This document shows positions 1 to 13,781 of a stretch of DNA of 64,000 nucleotides, piece after piece. The position numbers and the translations under genes are program-made. The first letter of the stretch is position 1; the number at the start of each line of letters is the position of its first letter. The DNA lies in NCBI RefSeq assembly GCF_040938485.1, contig NW_027270986.1, positions 2,232,001 through 2,296,000 of the forward strand, in the 5' to 3' direction. Origin of the DNA: Diadema antillarum. Its lineage: Eukaryota. Below the pieces are notes generated by a model that worked only from the letters and a program-made list of their open reading frames with translations, searched no databases and was not told where the DNA came from.

Positions 1-647
1 TTTCATTAACAGGCATACATTTAAACAAAAACAAAAACAAAACAACCGTTTCTTTGTAAGTGTCAATTAAGATATGTGTAACTACCTATCTTTCTTATTC
101 CATTCAAGAATCAGGTTTAGCAATTTGTTGAAATTGCAGACTTATGGAAGAGAGGGATACAACCAAACATAATGCACCCATAGTTACAACACGACATTTT
201 GGTTTCATGTAAAATCTATAACTATTAGTATCTAATTGAACTTGCAAAACAGGCTTGCAAGTTCCATGTATCCTCTTTTTTTCAACCATGATGGTCCCTA
301 GAAGCATTACTCTAATGCATTTATTCATCCAAGCTTTTGGCATCCAACCAGGGTTAAGCCTATAAAATGTGTTCATGTCCACTAGATCTGATCTCTTTTT
401 ACCTTGCTCATGCACATTCATTTTATTGTGTAAGAAGAGCATTTACAAATGATATTTGAATTTGAAGAGTTCATCAAAGTTCGTGGCAGAACCTTATTAT
501 CATGATACAGGAATATTTTTGCCCATGATCTGAAATTATTCTGAATAAATAAGCTTGAATTAAATACTCATCAGTAATTCCTTGGTCCTATTTCAGGTAT
601 GCATGTTACCAATAATACTATAATGCTGTTCCTGATATTTGCTTAAT

Positions 648-930
648 AGGAAACCAAAACCGAAATATATACGTATGTGGATTGATTGAAAGCAAGAATA
701 TTAGTAGAACACATCAGTGAAAGTTTGAGGAAAATTTAGAAGAAAATAATTTAATTTTTTATACAGTTGTGCTGTTCTCACCTCTTTTCCTTGAATTTTA
801 CTCTTTTGGTCTCATCTGAAATATAATCTGCGGAATTTCCCTTATATATCAAGTGATTTTTTTTTCTTGGGAATGGAAAGGTTGATGGCCCCTGAAATAT
901 AATACTTCTACTACAAGTTACATACAGAGA
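648..930. mobile_element. Degraded fragment of Kolobok-like family A
   Basis: Contains aatattagtagaacacatcagtgaaagtttgaggaaaat, matching the 4598 element. Boundaries are approximate. Confidence 0.5.
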
Positions 931-3900
931 GAAACATGCCTAGATCTTGAGCTGTTCAATCCAATATGATATTAAGCAGATTATGTGGGCGGTAATCTCT
1001 CTCCTATTAGATTATCCAGCGTCTAACTCGCCAGTAATTTTTTTCTCTTTTTTTTTTGTAGCTTGCCGCAGTGTATATTCGTGTACACACTGATGGTATA
1101 TCTTCTTTAGATTCTTGCCATCTCATATGTGTCTGGCTATCGCAGCTCTTTCTACGTGGATGAATTTGTCTGCCCGTCATGACTGGTGAATTTAACATCA
1201 CTGCCTGGCAGCGTTCAGGGGGAAACAAGATGTTTTTTCTCGCTCTCTCTCCCAAGAGGCGAGTGACCCAGACTATAGGTAGAAATGTGTTTATATGGAC
1301 ATTCCACTGACCTAGCCAGCCAGTCCCTGACCTGTACTCTGATCATCAACACCTCTTTCCCAGATTTTTCTACAGATGGTTTCGCATCGAATACCCTGCC
1401 ACTAGATAGTCATTGGATAATGAAAAGATGTGCACTCACCATTGATTTAGGTAGGCTTTTATATCATGTATAGGGACAACACTGGCATATTGTTAGCATC
1501 ATTGTAATACACTTTCAGCTATGCTGTCTTACATTCCTTTCCATTATAAGTTCTCTATACACATTCAGTGCATATCAAAATGTTGATGTATTTAATAAAG
1601 CCAAACAAAATCCATTCATTGTCGTGTACACTCAAATGTGATACTTCAAAGAATACTGTATATTGAGTAACAAATGAATATTATTTGGAGAAAAAAATAT
1701 ATATATGGTTAATGTATTTTTTTTTCTCCAAATGATAATATGGAAAGCTTTCTCCCAAATCTTTGTTGCTGGGACTTTTCCTTTTAATGCTGCTGGGTCA
1801 TATAGACAATATAGATAACATGAAAATGCATTTCCAACCCTTTTTCAGAGCTTAGATAGAGATGAGAAACATCAAACTGCTCTTTGTCAATAACAAACAC
1901 TGAAATCAAATACAAAATCATCTCCACAGAGTAGACAAACAAAAAAATGTCTTATTTACCAAACGGGAAATACAGATTATTGTGAAATATTGTGACAGTA
2001 ACACTAGAGAAGATTATCAGTAAAAATGTTGTTGTCATGGCTATTAGTCAAATTCAGAAACTCTCCTACATTATAATAATTGAACTAATTTGCATAATAT
2101 TATAATATATCACTCATCTAGAGCACTATATGCAAGCTAGGTTTCTAAGCGCTGACAAGTTGTAACAAAAAGGAAGTGTTACACTGAAAAAGGGAAAGAT
2201 GAATGATAATGAGGTGCAAGAACAGGCACATGTAATGGAACATACAATCATGGATGGATGTGTTAGAAAAGAAAAATACTTGTAGCACGTATTAGAAAAA
2301 CAATACACTATTTCACTTACTTGTTTTAAAAATGAGTGTAACATTGAACAGAATGTTGTTATTTGTTAAAAATTGAATGTAAATGAAAGAAGATGCTTAG
2401 ACTTGAAAGTTTGGATTTCTTTGTTGGGTCTCCACACAGAATCAATATGTCATATAAGTAATCAAACAGAAAGCCAGATGGCTGAACCAAGTGAATATTC
2501 CGGATCAAAAGTTCGGTATTGAGTGGGACTTGTGCCAATGATATCAAAAGGAACAAGGTGTTTGGAGTGCTAAACTCTAGTTAGAGATGTTAAATACATA
2601 TTAATCATGATTAGACTTGCATGAGAATTGGCAATCATCCACTAAATTTTACTTGGAGGAAAGAATCATATTGTCTGTGTTTTAGGCTAAACTGATGAAT
2701 CTTTATAGATTCATCAAATTCAATCCTTAAAGCATGTTTACAGTGATTGATTAACTCCACAATACATGTTTTTTGATGAAAATATATAAAATACTTGGAA
2801 AAGGTTGTAGCCATAGTAATGATTCTAAAAAAGTTCTTCCTTCAGAAGCTTTATCTTGAAAGGAAAGCATCTTTCAGTGACAAACTCAGTAGATTTAGTC
2901 CTCTGTTGATCTTGAAAGAGGGCAGCGCTGCAAGCGCAGAGGAAAAGTCTTGGGATCGATGAGAGGAAAAAGGGAGATAAATGTGTGCAGTGAGGCAGTG
3001 TCTCTATGTCCTTCTGAAGTGAGCCTCCATTCCCAAGGAACACATGGGACTCGAGTGCTCGCGTTCGGTCAGAGTGCAAAGTGACATCTTGGATGACATC
3101 TTGGGCGACAGCTAGGATGGTGTAATGGAAGTAACTGTCAGTTCAGAAGTGAATAATGAGCAACATGTCACATCGTGTCAGATGGGGGGGGGGGGGGGGA
3201 GGAGGAGAGGGAGGAGGGGGCAGGGGTTGGGTTGACAGGGAGTGATGCTGTCAGTTGTCTGTATTTGTGACGAGCAAATTGCCTCATTGCACTTCACCAT
3301 TGCTTCAATTCCCACCTCATTTGTCATGAAGCAACTGGCTGTTTGCTGACGCAGCAGCTCATATTTCATCGCGAGCGGATTCGGGGAGTCCGTGGATTGA
3401 TTTCCTCTTTCTTTGCATGCTTGAGGCCGTATTTGCAATGCCAAATCACAGACACAGGTACATTTACTTCCCTCATATTTATTTGCTTTCTTGGTTGGAA
3501 TCTCTAAATGGAGAATATACACTCTGTCTATTTGCCCCAAGCTGTCATGTTGTGTGAATTATCTTCAATCTTTTAATTGATATTATTGCTCATCGTTTTC
3601 AGTAAGGAAGAGAGATAAGCATAAAATACTGAATGTTCGATTATTATAAAAGTTGTTATTTTCACAAAGGTTTAATTTCTGTGAATTTTGCAAATCATTT
3701 TGGGCCAAGTATTTAACAACACGCAAAAATATCGCGGATAGACAGGCATTAGTGCACTTGCGACTAGATTCGGTGTCAAATCACGAAAACATCTTGCAAA
3801 AATGTCTGTGACCACCTCATTTGAGAAAATATCTGTATGCAAAAATAACACTTCTTTCAGTGTTTTTCTAATCAAGCAGCTCACTCTCATGGGGGAGAGA

Positions 3901-4320
3901 GAGGGTGGGATATTGTTGTGTTTAACCTTGTTTCAGATTAAGGCTTTTGTGATGGATAGTGGCAGGCATTCGTAGAATTTTCATATTGGGGTTGATGGAT
4001 GAGAGTAATAGAGTTTGTGTGATCATTTATCATTGGAAGGGGAAATGACTTTCTCTATCCCTTACTCACTCTCTGTCTCTCTTTCTGTTTTCTCCTTCCC
4101 TGTATTGCCTCAAATTCCTCTCATCACCCAACATTTCCTCCCCCAGGTCAATGGCCATCTGGCCATCTTTTGATAGAAAGTCCGAGAAACAAGTGATTGT
4201 CTTACATGTGATGTAAGAGACCAACAGGTAGCAATTTGGTAAAGTTTAGAAGCATTCAGATTCATCTAATCATAACCAGGAAAAAAAAAACTGTTCCAAA
4301 TGAAATAAAACATTTATATA

Positions 4321-4476
4321 CTGTATCAATGCTGTAATTTTCGTGTGCAGATATTTTCGTAAATGATGAGGTCATAGACATTTTCGCACATGGAGTCATT
4401 TTCACGTGTTGTTGAATTCACGATCCAACTGTGATTCGTGAAAATTAAACCCTCGTGAAAATAACAGCTTATACAG
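4321..4476. mobile_element. TA-flanked CTGTA...TACAG MITE
   Basis: ta|CTGTATCAATGCTGTAATTTTCGTG...CGTGAAAATAACAGCTTATACAG|ta. Confidence 0.7.
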
Positions 4477-4597
4477 TAAATGGGGCCTGAATGTGAGTTT
4501 TCACAAAATCCAAAAGTCACTGCTCATGCACTCATTCACTCTTCTGCCAATCAAAAAATAAAAACAGAAAAAAAAGCAGGAGACCAGAAATGATGAA

Positions 4598-5167
4598 AGG
4601 ACAAGTTTACCTTAATATACATGAGGATTGTGTGAATGCCACAATATCAGTAGAACACATCAGTGAAAGTTTGAGCAAAATCAGACAATCCCTTCAACAG
4701 TTATGAATTTTTGAAGTTTCTGTATAGCCACCGCTGGATAAGAAAACTATACTACATTTTGTGATGTTACATGCTTAGAACAATCGAATAAAAATACTTG
4801 TATAGAAAGAAATCCACAGAATATAATTTTTTGAAAAACGTACATGTTCCCACAACTTGTTCCTATCATCCTATGTTGAGGGTAATATGATTTCCCCTAC
4901 CTTCTGAAAGAGGCAAGTCAAGTGCTTTTTAAGTATGCAAGAAAAGTGAAAATATTTTGAATTTTCTTTTTATTCTATTTGTATCATTCTAAGCATTTGC
5001 AATCACGAGCTATAGTAGTCATATCATCCAGTGATGGTGGCAATGAGACTTAAAAAAATCATAACTTTTGAATGGATTGTCCGACTTTCTTCAAACTTTC
5101 ATTGATGCATTCTACTAATATTGCTGCGGTCACTCAGTCCACATGTATCTTAAGGTAAGCTTGTCCT
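4598..5167. mobile_element. Non-autonomous TTAA element, Kolobok-like (family A)
   Basis: tgaa|AGGACAAGTTTACCTTAA...TTAAGGTAAGCTTGTCCT|ttaa, giving AG...CT termini. The internal motif AATATYAGTAGAACACATCAGTGAAAGTTT is shared with copies near 700 and 30310. Confidence 0.75.
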
Positions 5168-6082
5168 TTAATTTGGTTCCTCAAACCCCATTCATAGCTG
5201 CATTCAAATGGTAGCAGTCATTGCAGTTATCAAATAACAGGGACTACTGATTGGAAATTGAGTGAAGAGAGATGTGCTAGATTTCACTGATAAGCTCACA
5301 TTGCTCCAAAATGTGCTTCAGGCATGAGAGGTATCCTCATCCTTGTCACTCTATGGCAGGTTGAAGGAGAAGATTACGATGATGATGATGATGATGTAGC
5401 TTAGAACTAAATCTACCAAGGCGGAGCAAGGCTGGTGCCTCGCGGCTGCAATTCGAGGAGACGTGCTGGATCGGGCCACCGTCAGAGTTATCTTTAAGAC
5501 TCTCCTGTCATCCCTGGATTTATGAATATCTCAATCGCTGGGGCTCTTATTTTCTTTCAGCTCACTGGTCTTACACAAACTAACGTCCACGGGTGGTATC
5601 TCCCAGTCTCATACATCACTGTCACTGGTGGTGACGCAGGCATGTGATAAGTTTTACGATATCCCAGTAAAATCTGATATCTGCGGAATCCAAATGTTTG
5701 TGCATCGAATGTCCAAAAAGTCTTTTCTCTCCTTTATGTGCCTGTTTAAAGGCATTATTTACAGTGAATTGAGTAATCAAGTGATTGCAATGGGGCAGCC
5801 ATAGGTTAAGATAATATATGCATGTAGGATTATCTTTCCTAATCTCATGAACAAGACAGATATTGACAAAATACAGTTTCCCCCCAATAAATATTGTGTA
5901 GAGTTAGCTTGTGTTCTCAGAAAAACAACAGCTTATATTGGAGGAGCACTCTTTCTTATGCGATACTGGCTGATATTAATAACAAAGCAAAACAAGAGAA
6001 TTAAAAGTAAAATTGCTATGCACCTGGTGCAAAATATTACCTCGGTGTATAAAGGTATTTAGACAGAGGCCCCTCAATAATA

Positions 6083-6269
6083 CTGTAATATCAGAAAGAT
6101 TTGCAGCATGAAAACTTCCACAAACTGGAGCCAACAGCCTTTTTGCTGCAATGGAACTTCTGCAAATTACAACTGGCACTCAATGCATTGTGTAGACAAA
6201 CACTTTCACATGCATTCTATTTTCGCGAATCTTGGCTCTCAAAATTTACAAAAGATTGTGGTTCTACAG
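6083..6269. mobile_element. CTGTA...TACAG MITE
   Basis: ta|CTGTAA...CTACAG. Internal CAATGCATTGTGTAGACAAA is shared with the 28554 copy. Confidence 0.6.
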
Positions 6270-6461
6270 TTAAGAAGAATGCATGATAATGGTCGATACT
6301 CTGGCAATTCTTTATTTACTCTCTTTGTTTGCATACTTCTATACCCCCCCCCCCCCCACACACACACACACACACAGACATGCACACTGCCAAAAGAATT
6401 ATTACAGCATCTTATAAGAATATTGTGATAGCTCTTATCAGCAGGGAGTGTAAGATTTTAA

Positions 6462-6546
6462 CCCGTTGAGGATGGACTTATTTTGCTACAACAAGCAGTT
6501 CCCATAGACGCTTGCCCGAGTATACTCGGGACTCATCGTCAATGGG
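6462..6546 (+). mobile_element. 85-bp piggyBac-like MITE, copy 1 of 5
   Basis: ttaa|CCCGTTGAGGATG...CGTCAATGGG|ttaa, with the internal palindrome CCCGAGTATACTCGGG. Confidence 0.85.
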
Positions 6547-7413
6547 TTAAGTCTATCACCACTTTCTTTTTGAGTTTCTAGAAAATGTAAAACTCTTCAT
6601 AAATGTGTGTCTTTAGAGTGTGGTATAAACCTAGAGTGGAAAAAGCTGAATCTCAAAAACTGCATGTAGTGCTGCTTATTTGTTTGGAGTTTATGAACAA
6701 TGAAGAATTTACATCTTACCTACTGCCACCAATATGTCAGATGTTAAGTCAAGTAAGTCAAGATCAGTCAGAAAAGTAGTAAGATATCACATGATAAGAG
6801 CCTCCCGCATCACCACTCTTCAAAAATCTGGTTAAGTAGCAACTTTCTTTTTTACTTGGCCTTATAATATCTTTTTTTTTTTTTTGATGGAGCAAATGTA
6901 GTAATAAGCAGGTCAACTGGAATGTGCAGGTACAGCGCAATTTATAGAAATGCCTACTTTTCCTTTAAAAGGAACAAAATGAAGTCATTCAGGCATTCAT
7001 CATGGACATGCACTCATATCACTGTGTCAGGAGGGCTTGTACTGTCTCCCTATTTATGTACAATTTTGAAGATGTACAGTCGTGCCCGACCTCGGCGCTA
7101 TCTGTAATAGGAAATATCCTCGCACACTTTTAGGCAGCAGACTTATTCATGAATTCAGCTGTCAGAGCAAACCCTCAGGCATGAAATTTCTTTTAAGGAG
7201 ACTGCCTTTTCCTGCAGCTGACAGGAAGGACAGGGAAAAATAGAGAGATAGAAAAATGCTTGAAATATCATCCCTCATTCAAACCAAGAGAGACAGACAT
7301 CTGTAGGCCAAGCAAAGGTTGAAAACTAGCTCCTGCAGTATCCAGTATGATGATAATTTCCAACAGCCTACCTAATTACCGGTACCCATTGTTGAATACA
7401 ATGTGAATTAAAT

Positions 7414-7627
7414 GGTGACACGACATTTGCTCCTGCGACAATTGCTCTGGTCTTATTTTCTCCACAGATTTAGAGTTAGGGTTAGGGTTGTCGTGAGATT
7501 TTAGGTTTAGTTTGATGTGAGAATTAGGATTAGGGTTAGGTTTATGTTTGTAGGCAGAAGTTTTATTTGGTTTAGTGTGCAGATGTTTCATTGAAGCAAT
7601 TGTCATAGAAGAAAATGTCATGAAACC
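7414..7627 (+). mobile_element. ~210-bp TIR element with an internal TTAGGG-like tract, copy 1
   Basis: GGTGACACGACATTTGCTCCTGCGACAATTGCTC...GAAGCAATTGTCATAGAAGAAAATGTCATGAAACC, with internal GTTAGGGTTAGGGTT and TTAGGATTAGGGTTAGG. Confidence 0.75.
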
Positions 7628-10600
7628 GAATTAAATCCATAGGACCTACTTTGTAATTTGCTACCTTCGTCACATAACAATTCATGTACCAATGCATATA
7701 TTCAAAATGTTTCATACTCAGATGATCATGTTGTCTGTATGATTGTATATGATTTTTGTTTGAAATATTAAAAAATAAAAGTAATGAATAACCTCTCTTA
7801 GTACACTTTGAATCAGAAGCAGTAAGTGTTTCACTGTGAAGAGGAATACATGGCACTGAAGCATCCCTTTTGATTATTTTAATTCTCCCTTGAGCAGTGT
7901 AGGATCTTTCTTTCTTTAAATATTGATAAGAACTCTCAGACCCCCCCCCCCCCCACTTCTTCCCTCGCCTCAGAGTTGAAATGGTGTGTACATAATTCAT
8001 CCCATGCTGCGGCTGCTGATAGCTCTGCATACATAGGCCTTGTGGACAATGCATAATTTTCTTGATATCTGCAAACAGCATGCCATCTCTGCATTAAGCT
8101 GGGTAGAATATACTCCAAAGAAATAAGATGATCAATCTCCTTGAAATATTTTATTGACTGAAAGGTTTATTCATTGAAGTCATACTCCCGTGGGTAAATT
8201 GCACATAAGTTTACATTTGAAATCGTGCAATGAAATAGACTGTAAACAAAATGACAAATAATCATGCAAGAGAACAAAGGCCTATGTTGTAACAAAAGTA
8301 AGAAGACTTAAATAGGTACAAAATAATCATTTATAACATATCATGAAATAACCAAATGGATACACAGGTAGCATTAAAAACAAGAGGAAGCCTTGAATAT
8401 CCTGGTGATAGTTTGACAAGGAAGAGCTGTGGAGTAAAGTATGTGATGTATCAGCAAAATTTGCTGGAAAGTAAAATATGTATTAAAGGTACCTCAACAT
8501 TTCTTGAAGCATCAGAGATAGACACAGAAAATAAAGATAAAAACAAGATCACCCCAAATTCCACTCAGTTTACTCTTATCATAATTGTTGATAGCAGAAA
8601 TTTGGATTGAAAAAAAATGTCAGATTTTGGGTATTTTGTATTTGTTTTTGTTTTATCATCCCTCAATACCCAGAATGCAGATAAGATGTTTTAAAAGTCA
8701 ACACATTCTTCCTTTCATTCTGAAATGGAATACCTCCCTTTACCTTCACTATATCTGTGTTGACAAGAATGTTTGGTTGGGTTTTTTTTTTTTTGTTTTT
8801 TTTTTGCATGCAGATTTCTTTGTTTAAATCTGTGCAAGGTGGTACATTTGTTGATTGATAAAAAAAAAATAGAGAGCCCTAGAATTGAAGATTTTTTGCT
8901 CACACTTCTAGAGGGCAGCTGGATTTGTTTTCATGGAGTTTGTCTGTTTACTCACGCTGGATATACACTTCTGAGAGGTGAACGCATCAGATCGCAATAA
9001 TGAATTGCTTCTAACTGAGCATGATTAATTGATTTTGGCTCCAGTAACAAGCATTCTCCATCCAGCGTTAAGTGTAAATCAAACCCTTGACTCACCAATC
9101 ACTGTTTGTTTTTTTACCGCTGCTCACCTCGTGAAGAAGCATGAGTGATGGCATAACACAAACTTTCAAATTAAATTTTTGAAAATCAACTTTCCAAAAT
9201 TTCTTTCAAAGTATTAAACTGAACTTTGTAAATGACACGGTCAAGTTTTTTATCATTTTGTTTTCTGTCGTGTATCAAAAAAATTTGTATAGATAAGACT
9301 TTGACATTTTATATCAACTCTGAGATAAATATGATTGATAAAGAATATGAAAACTGGGGTTGATTAAGGTCACACATTCCTGTCATGATCCTGTTGTTGG
9401 AGTTTGTTTGTTTTTCATGTACAGTGTCATTTCTGTTAGCGACTGAAATTTCTAGAGCCTGTGTAATTTCTTTTCATTTCAGTAGAGAAACTGCATTATT
9501 GGCCTAGAAAAAGAGATGTCACTGGGGCAGGTAATTGAAAATTTAATTCATTTAATCAATACCGAGTCAGTACTTGGTATTAAAGCGTTAATACATCTCA
9601 CATGCTCAAGTACCAGTCCAAAAATTGTGGTGAATACATTAGATTAGTCTCTAGTTTGATTCCCCTTTGTCCGTGGTTTTATGTTCCATTTTTCGCTGCT
9701 ATGGTCCATTTAGTAGGATAATGAGAGGGGGTAGAATTTCCTTTGCTTGGTGCTGAGAGTGGGCGTAGGTGTGACGTTACAAGCTGTGGAAAATAGGCAA
9801 AGTGCAAAGGTAGCTCTTTTGTAAGGGGTGTAAACACCCCAAGAAATACATCCTAGAGCTCATTCAGAGTTCTGTCAAAGTGTTAATAGTCATAAAAAGA
9901 ATATAGAACAGCAACAACAAATAAAAATTTTAATAGCAATATGGGTTAAGCACCATTATCGACATTTTAAAGCATTTTAAAGTTCATATCATCAGATGAT
10001 TTGCACCTATATGTACATTTGATAGCAATACATTGCAATTTTCAAAAGATAAAGCACCACCACAGTATGAAACTTGGGAAAAATGAATTAGATGTGTAAC
10101 TTGATCGTGATAAAGTAGCTTTATCATGAAGCATAGATTACAATTTAATATCCAAATTCAAATGCTTCAGAGCATCGTGAAATATTAAATGTGTTGGATC
10201 AGTTTCAGTGTTCTGTTTTCTGAGTCATTTGTCATGTATAAGCATGATAGATTATCTTATTTATAGTGTTTCAGTGCATTATAACATCTATGAGAGAAAG
10301 TTATTCAGTTTAATCCACTGTGTGCTTCGAGTCCCAACTGGCACATGTACTATCCAGCCTGGCACAGAAAGGGTTAAAGGTGAGGAGATGCACCTAAATC
10401 ATACTTCACATTTACCTGGAAAACAGATGTTGGTAGGACATACATTGGGTTTGTTTTTCTCTTTGTAATTTAGTTGACAGTATAGCACTATTGTTACAAG
10501 TGCTTGACATAGCATTATTCATGGCCTTGACAGTGCCTACAGTCTAAAGAACTAATTTGAAATGCGTACCGAAGAAATGCAATGCTGAGGAGAGAGAGCG

Positions 10601-11580
10601 GGAAATGGATCCGTTCACACAAGCTGACGGATCATTTGTCTGTAGTTTTCTACTCTGCGTGGGCTACGTCCCTGAGGAGTTCTAACAAAGCACTCTACGT
10701 CACAATTTCCCAAGTGTTATCCACGTCATGGATACTTTCATCAACAAAAGAGAGAAAAAATATGAATCTTGAGACTCAATCAATTTGTCAGGGTTGTTTT
10801 CTTCCACAGTTCCTGAAACCTAAGAGGCCCAAAACCAGGGAATCATAGCAAATCCAGTTTAGGGTCTGTGATGCATTGACATATACATGAGAGTGAATCC
10901 AAATTTTGATACCTTCATTCTGCCTACATAATCTTACATTGATATGAATTGAATTGATTTGATTATGATTTTAGTTGAATTCTATAAAAAGCTCTATCCT
11001 ACCAACCCTTGTCTGAACTAAGCAGACTAAAATCAGCAGCATGCATGACAGTGGGGTTAAACCCATGACATTCAAGCTAGGTGGGCAGTGGGGTGAGCTC
11101 CAGGCTCCCCTTTTTTTTCCGTCTCACTTCATTCCCTCGCTGCTGCGGTAATGTTTCAGTCGGATGAAGGGCTCAGGAGCTACCGTCCCAGCTGCTCGCA
11201 TGATGTTTGAATGGATGAAAAGCTTGGTGGGACCCCGTAAGAATGATTTTGAACGTCGCGTGAGGAGAGAACCCAGGCAGATCCTATGGCAAATCCAGGA
11301 CATGAGTGACATGCTATTGGGTTTTCTCAACTTGTTCCTAATGTGGAAAGGTGGCTTATCACGTTACCACCTGACATGATCCTTCTTTGAGGAGGACGTA
11401 AGAAAAGGAATATGGGACAGGTGTAGAAAGGGAAAAATCACTGTGATATATGAGATACATATATTTTCAATCATATTTTCTCAAATGGGGAGCAGAACAT
11501 TGCATTTTCATATACTCCAGTGCTTTCAGTATGTTATCCATGGGAAATCAGAATAGTTTCATATCTAAAGAAGATACAAA

Positions 11581-11587
11581 TATATAG

Positions 11588-11661
<74 letters not shown>
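11581..11661. repeat. (TA)n microsatellite
   Basis: Read directly from the sequence. Confidence 0.97.
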
Positions 11662-11663
<2 letters not shown>

Positions 11664-12955
11664 AGTTTAATTTGTAGCAGTTGTATACTTTCAATCTCCG
11701 GGTAAATCTGGCAAATTGATTGTGTCCTTCACATTTGCTATTAGATTTTTTCTTAATTTTCAATGTTGATTAGAAAACTGTTTGATAGTTCCTGTAGGAA
11801 CAATAACAACAAGTCTACCACAGATCTAAGATATTTTATTCCACAAACAGTGGGTTCGAGACATACTGCTTTATGATGGAAAATGAAGTAGAATAATATA
11901 CCACTATGTATGTGGATTTGTATCTTTACCTTTGAACTAATGTCTTGTCAGCACTTTGAAAGAGTTATACTGTAAGTTGCACACATAAACCATAAAAAGA
12001 TAAACTGGGAAAGGTAAATTTCCTGCCTCACATTGACAGAGATGTACAATGTTATGACTACAAGGTGTAAAGTCTTCTGTTTGCAGTATTGATACTCCTC
12101 ATATTTCATATTGTACTTGGAGACACATCTATTAGATACTGCTACCCAGTGTGGAAAGGAAATGTGATTTGTGGGCTATGTTTCTCCCTCATTCTCATTT
12201 GTCAAGGGCTATGCTGTATGTGGGTTTTGGGGGGTTTTTTTGGTCAAAATTAGCTAATGATCACAGATATGTTCCCACCTCTATGCCAATTTTTTATTTC
12301 TTTTTTGTATACCTTGAAACAGAAAGATATCACAACAGTCTTTGAAGTATACACTAGTCACTTATTTCCAAATGCTAGTCTTGTGACTACTGAGGGATAC
12401 TGAACCACAGTATGTCTGCATCTTCTTCTTTTTTTTTTCATCCCTTGAAGCAAGACAGCAAACCAAGAAGACAGCTTGTCAGAGACAGTCTCTATCAGTG
12501 GCATTTTTGTTCAACAACCTTTCAAGAATGTGCACCCCCCGCCCCCATGGTCATATTTCATTAAATTTATAGCTATGGACTCGTTCTAAATAATACAAAG
12601 TTTACTTTAGTTTGTCAGTACTGGCTGGTAGGCAAATCATTTTGCACAATGGCAGTCGTGATAGAATTTTTACTCATGTTCAAATCATTCATACAAGGGT
12701 TGATTATTCAGGGAATAATTTTCAAACTCAAATTTGATTTGCAATTTCATCTGGTGAACAAAATTTCAAATGGTATTCTGTACACTTCTATGAAAGAAAA
12801 CTGCTATATACACAATACATAGTTTGTGTAGCAGTTGTGTAAAAATGCATAGCAAATTGCGATGTGATACCAGGAGAATTATTCCCTGCTAGTGTTATAT
12901 GAAATGATATATGTATGGTAAAAAGAAAGACATAATCCCCCTCCAGAAGCTCATT

Positions 12956-13258
12956 GGCCCGAATTCACGAAGGTGGTACAAATGAAACCATGGTTTAAAC
13001 CATGGACAAAAACCATGGAGCACCAAGTGTCGCATGGAATATTTCGTTACAAAATCAGTCATTTCATCGATGAAATGATTATTTTGTCAAAATGAACATT
13101 TCGTCCACGAAATGATAATTTCGTTAACGAAACGGTCATTTCATCAACGAAATGACCAATTTCGTAACGAAATATTCCGTGCGACACTTTGCGCTCCATG
13201 GTTTTTGTCCATGGTTTAAACCATGGTTTCATTTGTACCACCTTCGTGAATTAGGGCC
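12956..13258. mobile_element. Fold-back MITE with GGCCC termini (Harbinger-like)
   Basis: GGCCCGAATTCACGAAGGTGGTACAAATGAAACCATGG...CCATGGTTTCATTTGTACCACCTTCGTGAATTAGGGCC, with inverted arms of roughly 100 bp. The TSD is not clean. Confidence 0.85.
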
Positions 13259-13768
13259 TTCGAGTCTAAGAGCAGAAGTTACTTGGCTTCATTAGACACC
13301 TGTCATCACCAGAGGGTACCAAAACATGTAACAAATGTCCATCAAGACTCCTTTTTTGTACCCTAATAGTCTTTTTCATTTTGCAAAATAATTATTCTTG
13401 TGGTGACATTTACTAAAATGTGTCACAAAAAAAGTGAATCTCACTCCATCCATTCAGAAATATGCCTCCAAGTTCTTCCACAGATGACTCTGTTCCTTTT
13501 CGTAATGTGAGTTATCAATTTTTCTCCTTCTCAACTGCAGTTAAGATATATCGCAATACATTTTCTCAGAAAACAGCTGCATGACTTAATCTGTTGTGCG
13601 GAGCTTGAAACGGTGCAGCAAATAGAAAATGTCACCGCTTGCCCGAGGGTATAAAGGAGGAAAACGCATTCTCTTTTTCACAATACATATTTAGCGAAGT
13701 ATACTCCATTAGTTATGCATGTGGGCCTGCAGAAAGCATTAGGCTCATCAAACAGTGGCCTGCAACAA

Positions 13769-13781
13769 GTTGCTAGGCAAC
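13769..13781. promoter_or_regulatory. RFX X-box (GTTGCTAGGCAAC)
   Basis: Canonical 13-bp X-box form inside a GC-richer island at 13700-13950. Function is untested. Confidence 0.45.

Noticed and set aside
104-442. 112-aa ORF considered as a LINE remnant
   Set aside because: No reverse transcriptase or endonuclease motif could be recognised in any frame.
5360-5404. Acceptor followed by VEGEDYDDDDDDVA*
   Set aside because: The acidic run is a (GAT)n microsatellite, and no partner exon was found.
7572-8081. 169-aa minus-strand ORF
   Set aside because: It has no splice context or recognisable motif, and it spans a poly-C run and a TE end.
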